A stretch of 64,000 nt of DNA from Vicugna vicugna (lineage: Eukaryota): positions 186,001-250,000 of the forward strand of contig MU058815.1 in NCBI GenBank assembly GCA_013265495.1, read 5' to 3'. Below are positions 62,996 to 64,000 of this stretch, in pieces (positions within the stretch are counted from its first letter, which is position 1; each line of letters opens with the position of its first letter). The notes under the pieces are model-generated. The model had not been told where the DNA came from. It was given only the letters and a program-made list of their open reading frames with translations, and did not search any database. The position numbers and the translations under genes are program-made.

Positions 62996-64000
62996 GTAAG
63001 TAGTTTTTCACATCTACGAATCCACAGACAGCGTCACTTCAGATGAGGCTGAGCAGTTACCCACCTTATGTAGACCATGCGTGCTGTGACCCAGTTGCAA
63101 AAATCCTAAGGGAGGCATTTGGGAAAACACTCAGGCATACGGAGGGGGCGTGGGCATGGTTCTTCCCGCAGGTGATGCTCTGTCAAGCAAAGCTAAGGTG
63201 CCCAGAGAAACCTTTCCCAATTAAAGCTTCGTAACACTGCCCCTCTGTTAATACGCAAATCCCTCTTGCCACCAGGCCACCGTTGCATCACTAATCCTCT
63301 TTGAATCATGCCCCAAACGAAGCAGGGTTACAAGAGGGGAGGAAAGAAGGTAAAGGAGGTGGGTAATGGGTGAACAGGGACCCAAAGGAAACATCACCAA
63401 CTTCTGCAACATCACCACCTGGCTGATCAGAGGGGGTGCACAGGCTACGAGCCCTGCCTGCTTTCACGCTAGAGGAACTTAATAGTGTGTCTGAATTTGG
63501 CAGAGCTCCTCTAAGACCTGTCTTATTCAGATGAAAGTTTCTTTGTGGACGTTCCAGATAAATAAGAAGCGCTCAGCTTAGCAGTTCAGTCCCTCGTGGT
63601 GAAACAGACGCCTTTATCATTTAATTTCTGTGCGTTTAATGAATAATCATATGCATCAGATGACAGTTGCTTGGCTCCAGTAAGACGCTTTGTCAACACA
63701 CGGAAAGAGGCGTGCAGTTCTGCCAGGTTCATGGACTCTGTTAACGTGTCTTAACCAGGTTCCTGCCTCGACTGCTCAGGTTAGAGCGCACAGCTCCGTG
63801 GGGCGCGGCCCTCAGCCAGGGCACACCTGTCTACTGCACCTGAGGGCAGAAAGCAAAGCCTCAGCGCACAGTGAGGACGCCACACGAGGAAACTGACCTG
63901 GATTCGTGCGCCGGCTTGAGAGACGAAGCCTGCGTCCTGTCCGTGCTGCCCTGGTGCCTTGCAGTGAAGACGGCCAGACGGCGAAACCCAGACAACTGAA

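Overview
Mammalian genomic DNA, most likely a camelid (Camelus/Vicugna), based on a tRNA-Ala-derived vic-1-type SINE at 7783-7928 and camelid-type L1 3' tails. I recognise no protein-coding gene, rRNA, true tRNA or CRISPR array. The only ORFs with recognisable protein content are L1 ORF1/ORF2 remnants. The window is intergenic or deep-intronic. It is dominated by transposable elements (young and old L1, ERV1-class solo LTRs, MaLR/MLT1 LTRs, hAT MER elements, MIR, L2), with repeat-free stretches that look like enhancers and a CpG-rich promoter-like segment at about 53.5-54.3 kb. The most notable items are: (1) a solo LTR nested in an L1 tail whose U3 carries seven CCAAT boxes and three octamer motifs in a 23/90-bp higher-order array; (2) a TSD-flanked probable L1 3' transduction; (3) a speculative minus-strand spliced transcript with a small ORF; (4) twin-priming L1 inversions; (5) a telomere-like insert flanked by an 11-bp direct repeat; (6) a 20-bp minisatellite. 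Repeat family names are from recalled consensus similarity, not from a database search, and boundaries of old repeats are approximate.
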